Assembly (NCBI GenBank): GCA_963794025.1
Contig: CAWCCK010000033.1
Location: forward strand, 89,836-153,835
DNA: 64,000 bases
Source of the DNA: Ignavibacteriota bacterium
Lineage (GTDB): Bacteria > Bacteroidota > Ignavibacteria > Palsa-1295
Reading direction: 5' to 3'
Shown here: piece after piece, positions 26,698 through 35,811 of the stretch
How positions within the stretch are numbered: position 1 is the stretch's first letter
Layout: the number at the start of each line of letters is the position of its first letter
Position numbers and translations under genes: made by a program
The notes under the pieces: generated by a model
Databases searched by the model: none
Seen by the model: the letters and a program-made list of their open reading frames with translations, nothing else
What the model was told of the DNA's origin: nothing

Positions 26698-28047
26698 TCA
26701 ATCGAACCTTACCGTAATCCTTCCATCGGCGAAGATGAGGATGCCGTTCTTTTCATCGCGGGTCAGGAGTTGCGAGAGGCGCGGGATGATTTCGCCGTCC
26801 GTTGATTCGAGGGCAGTAAAGCCGCGGTCGAGCACGCGGTCGGGATTCATCGCGGCGAGCTTGGCGGCGTCGCGTTCCAGTTTTAATCTGCGGCGTTCGA
26901 GGGAATGAATGACGGAACGCGAGGCATCCAATATCTCGGCATTCATTCGTTCCCGCAGGGTGCGAATGGCATTCGTCATAGCAAACACAAGGGAACGTTT
27001 ATCGGAAGCAGACTCAACGTCGCGTTTATAGTGCAAGATTATTTGTCGCATCTGACGTGTAAGTCCCACGCGGCTGCCGTTGAGCGCAGAGATTAGTTCC
27101 TCTTGGTTCGGCGTAGCAAGTTCAGCGGCTGCGGTTGGCGTGGGTGCGCGGAGATCGGCTACGAAATCGGCGATGGTAAAATCCACTTCGTGCCCGACAG
27201 CGCTGATGACGGGAATTTTCGAAGAAAAGATCGCGCGGGCAACAGCTTCCTCGTTGAAGTTCCACAAATCTTCTAAGGAACCGCCGCCTCGCCCGACGAT
27301 GAGGACATCAGGCCGGGGAGAATTACGAATTACGAATTGCGAATTACGAATTGTTTTTTTTACTTCGTCCTCATTCGTAATTTGAAATTCGTAATTCGTA
27401 ATTAAATTAAATTCCTGAATCGCGCGCGCGATCTCTAACTCTGCGCCGACGCCCTGCACGGCGCATGGGCGGACGATCACGCGGACGATGGGGTAACGGC
27501 GGCGGAGCGTGGTCAGAATATCTTGTAAGGCCGCGCCGTTTTCGCTGGTAACGATTCCGATGGTTTGTGGGAACCTCGGGATGGGCCGCTTGCGCGATTC
27601 TTCGAAGAGACCTTCGGCCATCAAGCGCGCATATCGTTCCTCATACGCTTGCTGTAGATCGCCGATGCCGCTGGGGCGCACTTGAAACACATCGAGCTGA
27701 TAATTCCCGCGCGGAGGATAGACTGTGAGCCTACCACGGCACACGACTTTCATTCCATCCTTCAGATCGAAATTAAGCGTTCGGCTTTTCCAGAATACGG
27801 AGGAGATCTGTGCGCCTTCATCTTTCAGCGTCCAATACCGGTGGCCGGAGCGATGGTCGATGAAATTCGAGATCTCGCCTTCGACCGTTACCTCCGGAAA
27901 CGCGCCTTCGAGCATATCACGAATAGATTTTGTGAGCGCGCTTACCGTGAGCGGGCCATCGCCGTTAGTAGATTCATCTTCCATTATTTCCGAATTATTA
28001 CGGAATAGAGAGGATTTTGCGGCTTTTTGGTAATAGTTGCGTGGCAT
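26698..28047 (-). CDS. xseA: Exodeoxyribonuclease VII large subunit with a 28-codon in-frame repeat insertion
   Basis: OB-fold N-terminus (VSALTKSIRDMLEGAFPEVTVEGEISNF...HRSGHRYWTLKD), the DVLIVGRGGGSLEDLWNFNEE motif and a coiled-coil C-terminus. The insert ITNYEFQITNEDEVKKTIRNSQFVIRNS is encoded by the heptamer hairpin. The start may be the internal ATG at 27984. Confidence 0.85.
   Translation of the reverse strand: MPRNYYQKAAKSSLFRNNSEIMEDESTNGDGPLTVSALTKSIRDMLEGAFPEVTVEGEISNFIDHRSGHRYWTLKDEGAQISSVFWKSRTLNFDLKDGMKVVCRGRLTVYPPRGNYQLDVFQVRPSGIGDLQQAYEERYARLMAEGLFEESRKRPIPRFPQTIGIVTSENGAALQDILTTLRRRYPIVRVIVRPCAVQGVGAELEIARAIQEFNLITNYEFQITNEDEVKKTIRNSQFVIRNSPRPDVLIVGRGGGSLEDLWNFNEEAVARAIFSSKIPVISAVGHEVDFTIADFVADLRAPTPTAAAELATPNQEELISALNGSRVGLTRQMRQIILHYKRDVESASDKRSLVFAMTNAIRTLRERMNAEILDASRSVIHSLERRRLKLERDAAKLAAMNPDRVLDRGFTALESTDGEIIPRLSQLLTRDEKNGILIFADGRITVRFD
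27320..27403. repeat. Heptamer-arm hairpin element, in-frame inside xseA (84 nt)
   Basis: aattacgaattacgaattgcgaattacgaattg ... cattcgtaatttgaaattcgtaattcgtaatt. The length is a multiple of 3 and there are no stops in the gene frame. Confidence 0.85.
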
Positions 28048-28127
28048 GTGAAATGAGAAGCTGACATATTGTGCAAAAGTTCATTTTCTAAAACCATACA
28101 AAATGTCAAGATGGTAGCAGACTGCTT

Positions 28128-28274
28128 CTGTCATCCTGAGCGGAGTTTTTCTCGACGAAGTCGAGAAAAACGGAGTCGAAGGATCTCATGTAGTTTGGCT
28201 CGGTGGTGAATGTCCGGGGATCCTTCGACTGCGCAATCCGACGCGTTGCGTCGAATTGCTCCGCTCAGGATGAC
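28128..28274. repeat. Family-2 structured repeat (opposite orientation to 13303)
   Basis: Same outer stem. Hairpins gtttttctcgac/gtcgagaaaaac and gcaatccgacgc/gcgtcgaattgc are in swapped order relative to copy 13303. Confidence 0.85.
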
Positions 28275-28446
28275 ATTAGAAATTGAGCTTGCTCACCTGA
28301 AATTTCGTATATTTGTAGTCCTTTGTTCAAGGGAAATTTATCTTCTTGCTTTTGGTGTTGCACTAATGGGGGATTTTCCTGCCCTCCAGAGTGTGCGATT
28401 TAACTTAATTTTTTCGGCCCGTCTTATTTTAATTCGGGGTCTCAAT

Positions 28447-31400
28447 ATGAAAAATCTTTTACGGCTTTCCTGCTTCCTAACCTTCCTTCTTTTATTATCC
28501 ACGCCAATCTTCGCGCAGATCGGGCCGCCACAGTGGACGGCCGTCCCGATGGCGTTCAACGGAAAAATTCACATCGTAAAATTCCTCGATGCCGTCGGCG
28601 CGCCGCTTACGGGATTTGTAGGTGATGATACCGGAATTTCATTCACAACCAATGGCGGTACCTCCTGGACACGCGCGACGATCAATAGCCCCAATGCCGA
28701 TCCTTTCAAGCCTTTTCAGACGGGATGGGTCAATGATATTACGTTTAAGGATGCGATGAATGGTTTTGCCGTGATTGATAGTAACTACGCTATGGGGAAT
28801 AGCAGTACCGACGCCGGTATTCTCATCACGACGAACGGCGGTCAGTCCTGGATCTTCGATGACGCTAACGGCACGCCGGATAGCGGCAGAGGAATTTATT
28901 ACAATACCGCGAATAACCGGCTCTACGTAGCAAGCTGCGATCGAGGGCTTGTGGTTTCTACTGATAACGGCGGCACTTGGAGCGTGCAGGATACCGGTAC
29001 CAGCTATACGGGTTTTGCATTCAACGGCAATGGCTTGGGCGTTGTGGCGACGGAAGGGTCGTCGTGCGTAAATTTTCCATTGCCGTATAAAGTCTATTGG
29101 ATGAACACGACCGATGGCGGAATGCACTGGGCGAAGACCCAGATGAACACGGATTGCTGGCAGCCGGTAGGCATCCCGACGACGGAGACGTTCTTTGGCT
29201 CGACTACGGTGAATTGCGCCGGGGTCAATAATGCGATCATGCGTTCGGATAACGGCGGTTATGCGTTCTCTCCGGTGCTCGGATATCAGCCTGCTAATAT
29301 TGACACCTTGTCAGAAGCGATGGCAGGTGATGCGTGCTCGCTCTTTGCATCTTCTTTTTCTCAGGATGGAATGTGGTTCTCGACGAACGATGGCGCAAAG
29401 TGGCAGGTCATACCGTTTTCTCCGAACCCCGGCGTCAATACTCGATTTTATGTTTCGCCGGACACCGTGTGGAGCTTCGTGGGCGATTCGCTCAAATGGT
29501 TCGTGCGCCCGGCTACTGCCGATATTCATATCTGGCCCGATACCATTGCATTCAAACATGCATCCTGCGGTGCGCTTTCGGATACGACGATCCACGTCTT
29601 TGGCTGTAACTGCCCCAATAGCCCGGAACTCGACAGCGTAAAGGTTGTCCGTTTGACGAGCACCGTAGATACCATAAAAGCCAATACCTTTAACCCTCCT
29701 GCGTTACCGCAACCGTTGTGTACCCTCGGTCTGACGGCTGCCGATTCCATTGAGCTGCAATTTCAACCTACCGGTGATGCAGCGGATAGCGCTAATGTTA
29801 AATTGGTATTTCTCGACAATGGGGTACTTGTCGATACCTTCATTCACATGAACGCCAACGGGATCGTGCCGATCCTTCAGGTGCCACCGGCACCCATCAA
29901 TTTATCCGGGCCTGCGTGTTATGGGGACATCGATACGTGTATCGAGATCGTCAATCAGAGCTGTGACGCTATTACTCTCACAAGCGCTACCGTGGGTGAA
30001 CAACCTCAAGATATGGCCGAGCTTCAACTCACGGGAGCATGCATACTCAATGCGGCGCCGATCACGCTGGGGCCGGGCGCATCCTGGTGTTTTCCCATTG
30101 ATTACTTCCCCGGCCTTAAGGCCAACACCCAAAATGCGTCTTTTTCCATTAATTACGTCGATAACGGTGTGAATGCCACAACGAACACTGTTGAGGTCAA
30201 TGGCAATACGACGACGAGTGTCAGCCCATCGTTCCGTGGGTTCAATATAAACGCGAAAAGCTGCTGCGACGTCCCGTCATTCACGACCATTTATTTTACC
30301 AATCCCACCTGTGACACCATTGTGCTTACCAATCCGACCATCACGGGAACAGGTTCATACACGGGGAATTTTCAGTTCGATACCAGCGGCGCCTTAGGCG
30401 TCAAGTTCCCCGTAAAGATACCACCGGTGAAAGGGCACGTCGGGCTTACGATCCTTATTGATTGCAAAGCAACGGATATTAAAGCTATCGTACACTTCCC
30501 TTATACGATCATTTCACCATTCGCATCCGTTATCTGTGCGAATAATGTGGACTCCACTCTGTATGAGACCGGCGTGCTGCTCGATACGCTCACGTTAGAC
30601 GTTCAAAACCCGATTACGCCCGCGACTGTGAGCCCCCTCAGCGTTAATTTTGGGAGCGTAAATTGCTGCGATACTACGGAGAAACGAACGATCAAGATAA
30701 CGGCAGGATGTAAGCCGGATACGTTGACGAAGTTTGCGCTATCTGGTAACATTAATGGCAATTTCGTCTTTGATACGGTAGGAGGCAGTGGGCTTCCTAT
30801 TTACCTAGATTCAGCACAAACAACAACAATCCAAGTTGGTTTTAACCCGCTTTGCGGAAGTAATGGCGGTAAAGAGCCAAACGGAAATATAGTTATTTCG
30901 CAGACATCCGAAGGCGTTGCAAGCGCGCTTAACATCCCGCTCATTGCCGATACGACCAATGCGCCTTCGGCCAGCCTTAGTACGTATGCGATGGGCTTTG
31001 ATTCTGTTCGTTCTTGCGCAGGCCAGACGTGCAACACGCTTACAGTCACGAATGCTTCGTGCGGAGCGGTCAACCTCAGTTTGTTAACGCCGCCCGTCAA
31101 TCCGGCATTTACGGTTGGGAGCGTGACTACGAGTACGATCGCTCAGGGAGGCACCACGACCGTTTCCGTTTGCATGAACCCGAGCGCGAGTAAAGTTACC
31201 GGCGCGATCCAGGATTCAGCAGTCTTCGAGGCCAGTGCTAATGGGTTATCCTCGACGGTTACCCTTTTGCTCACGGCCTACATCGAGCCGCCGGTGCCGT
31301 CGTACACCCTGACGCAGCTTGCGAACCTGACCATCTGCGATTCGACTTCGATGACGGAATCGTTCTCGGTTACGAACACCGGCTCGTGCTACACGTATGA

Positions 31401-32691
31401 CGTCGTAAGCGCAAGCGGTGGGAACTCGGTGAGCGTGACTCCGCCACCGGGTGGGTACCCCGTCCATATCGATTCCGGCGCGTCTCAAGCGTTTAGCGTT
31501 ACGTTCGCGCCGACGAGCGTTGGAAACTTCTCCGGCAACATCACGCTCACGGATTCCGATGGGACGACGATTCAGGTTCCCTATACTTTCACGGATACGA
31601 ATTGCACGGTGACGGGGCAACTCACGTTTAAGAACTCGGGCAATACGATTGTAACGCCGAACTGCCTTAATGGTGAAATGAACTTTACTGTCGGCGCGGG
31701 CGGGGGTTCCGGCGTTGTCAATAGCGTTAGTGTTTCTCCATCGGGCGGACGGTTCGAACCGACAAACCCGATCTCAGGGTCGATGCCGTTCACGGATACG
31801 ATCCTCTTCGATCCAAATCCGAGCGGTAGCAGCTCGGCGCTCGTCACCATTAATTATACGATTAATGGCGTGGCGGGAGTCGATACCTTCTCCGTCTATG
31901 GGCAGACGACGGGAACTGTTGGCACCGCCTCGATCGGCGTGACCACTCCTTCGGATTCGTGCATTTCGCCGAACGATACCGCGCTCAAGGAGTTCGACGT
32001 CATGCTGTACGATGACATTCCCAATTCGCTTGGCGTCACGCAGTTGACCTTTGTCATTAGTTACAATGGTAACCTCTTGTGGAATCCGAAGAATATTAAC
32101 TTCGGTCCCGGATGGACATTTGTCTCCGATTCTCAGGCAAACGATGGGCTGCATATTACGCTGAGCTACGATTCGACCGGAAGCGCGAATGGTTCCACTT
32201 CCGGCGAGGCGCTCATCAAGATCACGCAGCTTGGAGCGATCACTACATTGCTTTCGGATACGGCGGTTATCACGTCGCCGCACTTCAACGATTCGGCATT
32301 CGAAGCCTGCACGCTGAAAGCGCTTGCTGCGGGTGGCGCGAACAATTCGGCGCCGATCTGCATCGATACGACGTGCGGCTGGCAGGCGCTTCAAATGACG
32401 GTAGCTGGGAACTTGCAGCCGATCACCGGCATTCAGGTCGTTCCCAACCCGGCGCATAAAGGCGGCAGCGCATCCACGCTGCACTTCACGACGAACATCG
32501 CCGGGAACGTTAATGCCGACGTGCTCGATGAGCTTGGCCATTCGGTGCTGATGCTCACAAATGGGGCGCTCGAAACCGGCGATCACGCGCTTGCGATCCC
32601 GACGGATCAGATCCCCGAAGGCGCGTACTTTGCGCGCATCACGGTGAACGGCATTACCGTTATCCGCCAGTTCGTGCTGGTGAAAGAATAG
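28447..32691 (+). CDS. 1414-aa secreted Asp-box (BNR) propeller / Ig-like multidomain protein with T9SS CTD
   Basis: The true start is probably ATG 28447 (MKNLLRLSCFLTFLLLLSTPIFAQ); the upstream part of the ORF reads through a repeat element. Asp-box-like repeats are TTNGGTSW, TTNGGQSW, STDNGGTW, TTDGGMHW. The protein is long and Thr/Asn-rich with Ig-like repeats. C-terminal CTD: VVPNPAHKGG...DVLDELGHSVLML...GAYFARITV. Confidence 0.8.
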   Translation: MKNLLRLSCFLTFLLLLSTPIFAQIGPPQWTAVPMAFNGKIHIVKFLDAVGAPLTGFVGDDTGISFTTNGGTSWTRATINSPNADPFKPFQTGWVNDITFKDAMNGFAVIDSNYAMGNSSTDAGILITTNGGQSWIFDDANGTPDSGRGIYYNTANNRLYVASCDRGLVVSTDNGGTWSVQDTGTSYTGFAFNGNGLGVVATEGSSCVNFPLPYKVYWMNTTDGGMHWAKTQMNTDCWQPVGIPTTETFFGSTTVNCAGVNNAIMRSDNGGYAFSPVLGYQPANIDTLSEAMAGDACSLFASSFSQDGMWFSTNDGAKWQVIPFSPNPGVNTRFYVSPDTVWSFVGDSLKWFVRPATADIHIWPDTIAFKHASCGALSDTTIHVFGCNCPNSPELDSVKVVRLTSTVDTIKANTFNPPALPQPLCTLGLTAADSIELQFQPTGDAADSANVKLVFLDNGVLVDTFIHMNANGIVPILQVPPAPINLSGPACYGDIDTCIEIVNQSCDAITLTSATVGEQPQDMAELQLTGACILNAAPITLGPGASWCFPIDYFPGLKANTQNASFSINYVDNGVNATTNTVEVNGNTTTSVSPSFRGFNINAKSCCDVPSFTTIYFTNPTCDTIVLTNPTITGTGSYTGNFQFDTSGALGVKFPVKIPPVKGHVGLTILIDCKATDIKAIVHFPYTIISPFASVICANNVDSTLYETGVLLDTLTLDVQNPITPATVSPLSVNFGSVNCCDTTEKRTIKITAGCKPDTLTKFALSGNINGNFVFDTVGGSGLPIYLDSAQTTTIQVGFNPLCGSNGGKEPNGNIVISQTSEGVASALNIPLIADTTNAPSASLSTYAMGFDSVRSCAGQTCNTLTVTNASCGAVNLSLLTPPVNPAFTVGSVTTSTIAQGGTTTVSVCMNPSASKVTGAIQDSAVFEASANGLSSTVTLLLTAYIEPPVPSYTLTQLANLTICDSTSMTESFSVTNTGSCYTYDVVSASGGNSVSVTPPPGGYPVHIDSGASQAFSVTFAPTSVGNFSGNITLTDSDGTTIQVPYTFTDTNCTVTGQLTFKNSGNTIVTPNCLNGEMNFTVGAGGGSGVVNSVSVSPSGGRFEPTNPISGSMPFTDTILFDPNPSGSSSALVTINYTINGVAGVDTFSVYGQTTGTVGTASIGVTTPSDSCISPNDTALKEFDVMLYDDIPNSLGVTQLTFVISYNGNLLWNPKNINFGPGWTFVSDSQANDGLHITLSYDSTGSANGSTSGEALIKITQLGAITTLLSDTAVITSPHFNDSAFEACTLKALAAGGANNSAPICIDTTCGWQALQMTVAGNLQPITGIQVVPNPAHKGGSASTLHFTTNIAGNVNADVLDELGHSVLMLTNGALETGDHALAIPTDQIPEGAYFARITVNGITVIRQFVLVKE

Positions 32692-32779
32692 GAAAGTAAG
32701 AAGTAAGAGGTAAGAGGTAGACTCGCCGCACTGCGACTTCTACCTCTTAGCTCTTAGCTCTTAGCTCTTACCTCTTACT
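32692..32779. terminator. Heptamer-arm hairpin between convergent genes (probable bidirectional terminator)
   Basis: gaaagtaagaagtaagaggtaagaggtaga ... tctacctcttagctcttagctcttagctcttacctcttactt. The arms are built of GAGGTAA/GAAGTAA heptamers and their complements. Confidence 0.6.
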
Positions 32780-33220
32780 TTACGTGTTCGTCAACGCATC
32801 CGCCATTGCTGCAGCAAGCCGGAACGATAAATGCAGGGAACCATGTCGCTCCTTCGCTTCGATAAGCGAGAGCGAGGCTGTGATGAATCCGCCCTGTCCG
32901 TAGTGGACATATTTCGCCTCGTAATACGCGGCAGATTTATAGTTGATGAGAAAGGTCATGATACTCGCTTCCAGCGCAAGTGGGATGGGCGGACACGATG
33001 CGTGAAGAATGAGATGGTCGTCCTCCGTGGAGCCGGGAACTGGAACCCATTCTTGGAATTCACTGACGCCGGGCGTAACGGATTCCGGCTCGCTCGAAAG
33101 CGTAACGGATTGAATAGGCAGCGCGCCAACCGGCACACTTGGGAACGCGGCAGTGAGGTCGGGAACTGTAATCCACGCATCCGAAGGCGATGCGCGATAT
33201 TGAAGATAGAGATTGGTCAT
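32780..33220 (-). CDS. Hypothetical protein (phage head-tail region by position)
   Basis: 146-aa ORF co-oriented with the head module. No recognisable motif. Confidence 0.4.
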   Translation of the reverse strand: MTNLYLQYRASPSDAWITVPDLTAAFPSVPVGALPIQSVTLSSEPESVTPGVSEFQEWVPVPGSTEDDHLILHASCPPIPLALEASIMTFLINYKSAAYYEAKYVHYGQGGFITASLSLIEAKERHGSLHLSFRLAAAMADALTNT

Positions 33221-33306
33221 AGAGTGGGATGATTTCCATAACGGTAGGGGCCAATGGCATTGGCCCGCTCCTGGCTAATGCCATTAGCCCCTACAAGTTG
33301 GAATGA

Positions 33307-33756
33307 TTAGAATAATGTGAAATAGTATTCCGCATAGATCACGATACTGGATCTGGTTGCGGTTTTGCTGAGGATAGGTGGATCGATCTTGAGGATCTGC
33401 GCGCTGTCGATGCGGGCGACATCGCCGATGGAAACGGTCGGGGGAATGAATCCCCCGGAAAAGAATGCTTCGATGAGCGAAACATAAGCGGAACGAATAG
33501 CGCGCATGACTTCAACGCCAAGCTGTGGATGCGTGAAATGCACGCGCACCGCGAACGCCTGCACACCGTTGGTAGGAAATCCGAAGCCATCGTACAGGGT
33601 GTATTTTGCTTCGCCGTCAATGATCTCGAAGCCGGGATAATCGCTGGGAGCTAAAGTGCTGGCGAGCGCGCTCTGCACATCCACCAGCGATTTCCACGCG
33701 GTGAACGCCACAAGCTGCGGCTCGAAACTATTGGAAAATAAAAGTTCTCTGGTCAT
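33307..33756 (-). CDS. Hypothetical protein (phage head-tail joining region by position)
   Basis: 149-aa ORF directly downstream of the connector-like gene. Confidence 0.4.
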   Translation of the reverse strand: MTRELLFSNSFEPQLVAFTAWKSLVDVQSALASTLAPSDYPGFEIIDGEAKYTLYDGFGFPTNGVQAFAVRVHFTHPQLGVEVMRAIRSAYVSLIEAFFSGGFIPPTVSIGDVARIDSAQILKIDPPILSKTATRSSIVIYAEYYFTLF

Positions 33757-33759
33757 AAT

Positions 33760-33803
33760 TGTAGCGCAAACTTTAGTTTGCGCAAACTAAAGTTTACGCT
33801 ACA
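33760..33803. repeat. GTAGCGCAAACTTTAGTTTGCG palindromic element (short intergenic copy)
   Basis: tgtagcgcaaactttagtttgcgcaaactaaagtttacgctaca. It is related to the 61-nt copies at 44010 and 45928. Confidence 0.8.
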
Positions 33804-34381
33804 CCGGGTAGCGTTTATAAGGCCGGAGCGTCTCCTGATGTAGCGCCGATAGGTCAAGGAACCGTTCCCTATCGGTGACGGTGGCGTCGTGCGCGGAGGC
33901 GATGAGCATTCCGAGCGAGCCTTCGCCCTGATTGCTCGCTTGATACAAGAGCGCCGCGATCTCCGTGATGACTTGCTTTACCGCTTCCGGACATGTCAGC
34001 GTGGATGGCTGTGCGTAGGTTAGCGTATGTTCGGCTTCACGCGCGAACCGATGCGTGAGCGTTTGCAAAAGATAGCCATTGCCGCGAATGAGCAGATCGC
34101 TCGTGCCGACGGTGGTAACCGTTCCCGAAAGATCGGTGTAGGTCCACGCCGTGAGCGTACCGGCTTGATGTCGAGGTGCATAGAACGGCGTGTCGTCGCC
34201 CCAGAAGACGTCGCGTCTTGCTGGCATTGGCGGTATAATCGCGGTCGAGCCAGGTATAGACCGCTTCGGTCGCGGCGTTGAGGCAGGTTTGGAAAAATCC
34301 CGTTACGGTCGTATCGGTGGACACATCTTTGAGATACGTCTGAAAATCCGTAAGCGCAACGGGGCTGGTAAATGTTGGCAT
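33799..34381 (-). pseudogene. Phage gp6-like head-tail connector protein, frameshifted
   Basis: The N-terminal part MPTFTSPVALTDFQTYLKDVSTDTTVTGFFQTCLNAATEAVYTWLDRDYTANA (ORF 34037..34381) continues as RRDVFWGDDTPFYAP... in another frame (ORF 33799..34227). The shift is at ~34205-34225. Confidence 0.55.
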
Positions 34382-34579
34382 TTTAATTGGGAAATATGAT
34401 AGATGAAGCTAGGAATAAACGGACTATTTATTCTCGCTTATATTAAATGGATGCGAGGAGAGTTGGACGAATAGAAATGAAGCTAAATTCTTAACTCATT
34501 CAATCACAAATTTTGCAATCAATCGGCTTAATCCTGAATTTGAAATTATCAAGATCAGAGAAGGAATAGGTAACTCAAA

Positions 34580-35035
34580 CTATGCTTTCTGTGGAGTAGT
34601 GGTAGCAATCGGCTTTGTAAATTCCTGAGCCGGTTTAAATTGACCATTCATGTATTTTTCGATTCTATTGAATCGAATGAGACCATCTGCAAAATTACCG
34701 CGATAAATTTCTAATTGAGCATCTATGCTGTCAAATTCTGCGCGATAGCGCCCAACTTCCGAATATTCCTGAAGTGCCCGATAATCCTTGCAAATCTGAT
34801 TCGGCATCTGCATTTTGCGATCAGTATTTCCAGGACGAGGATTTATTGAACGCCAACGTTCTTCGTGTGTTTTTCCGAGGTAAATATTCCGGTTACTTGC
34901 TAATGCCTCGATCAAGTGTAAAGCGGAGTAAAACACCGCCGTAACCTTCCACTCTTCGAATTGATTTGGGAACGCTTCACATAGACTATCGAAAAACTTC
35001 TTTATGTCGGCAGCTCTACCTAAATGCTCTTTCAT
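34580..35035 (-). CDS. All-alpha protein, HEPN-like (tentative)
   Basis: AT-rich 151-aa ORF. WKVTAVFYSALHLIEALAS...GKTHEERWRSI resembles HEPN-type helical cores. No database check was possible. Confidence 0.35.
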   Translation of the reverse strand: MKEHLGRAADIKKFFDSLCEAFPNQFEEWKVTAVFYSALHLIEALASNRNIYLGKTHEERWRSINPRPGNTDRKMQMPNQICKDYRALQEYSEVGRYRAEFDSIDAQLEIYRGNFADGLIRFNRIEKYMNGQFKPAQEFTKPIATTTPQKA

Positions 35036-35044
35036 CCGGCATTC

Positions 35045-35608
35045 TTAAAAAGAGAGCTGATTGGTAGTTAAAACAAGCGGAGCATTACCCACCATCGAGC
35101 TTAACGCATATTTAGGGAGGAATTGAACACGCACGGCATACTTAGGATCAAACTCATCTTCAAGATGGTATTGGATAGCAAAAAATGTATCCCGATTTTC
35201 AGGGGTGTCCTCATTTAGTGCAATCAAATAATTTGAATGTGTGCCAGAAGGCTTAAGCTTGTAAGCCATATTAATCAAGCTTGAATTATCGCTAAGATAT
35301 TTTTCAACGATCTCATCAACTTTCGAAAGAATAATTTCGTTGAAACGATCTCCACCTTCCATAAGGCTTTTAAGTGGGTTTTCAATAGACCGCTTAATGC
35401 TCGCAGCGAAGGCTGTATGCACATTCACATCCAACATATCTTTGCCGAGGGTTACCTCCTCGCCGACATGATTGGCGAGATCTCTTACAAAAGAGTTAAG
35501 CGTATCGAGCATGAGCTTCAAGGTTTCGTTCCCAGTCGGCACACTCGATTTCGTTGGTGCGGTCTCTATCAATGGCAGGTCATTCACGTTGGTGTAAACC
35601 GGACACAT
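35045..35608 (-). CDS. Hypothetical 187-aa protein, co-transcribed partner of the HEPN-like gene
   Basis: AT-rich ORF 9 nt upstream of the 34580..35035 gene. The pair is inserted between the major capsid and connector genes. Confidence 0.4.
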   Translation of the reverse strand: MCPVYTNVNDLPLIETAPTKSSVPTGNETLKLMLDTLNSFVRDLANHVGEEVTLGKDMLDVNVHTAFAASIKRSIENPLKSLMEGGDRFNEIILSKVDEIVEKYLSDNSSLINMAYKLKPSGTHSNYLIALNEDTPENRDTFFAIQYHLEDEFDPKYAVRVQFLPKYALSSMVGNAPLVLTTNQLSF

Positions 35609-35811
35609 AATTTAACCGTGCCCGACTGGATTTGTGTTGCTTTTAGAAAAGCGTTGACCTGCTACCTATGGCAGGTCAACGCAGATTTTTAATTTAGCGT
35701 TCCATTAATTCTTTGAAAAAACGATTTTTATTTTTTCTATCGAATTCTTGTCCTTCTTTGGCAGCTAAAGCTGGGGTTTTACAAAGAAGAGATAGCTATG
35801 TGGATCGTCAT

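Noticed and set aside
28210-28446. N-terminal 79-aa extension of the 1493-aa ORF
   Set aside because: The extension reads through the family-2 repeat (28128-28274). A canonical signal peptide starts at ATG 28447.
31774-32586. 270-aa - strand ORF, plus 5061..5708 (215 aa) and 28639..29127
   Set aside because: These are antisense shadows inside large T9SS-cargo genes, with Arg-rich nonsense composition.
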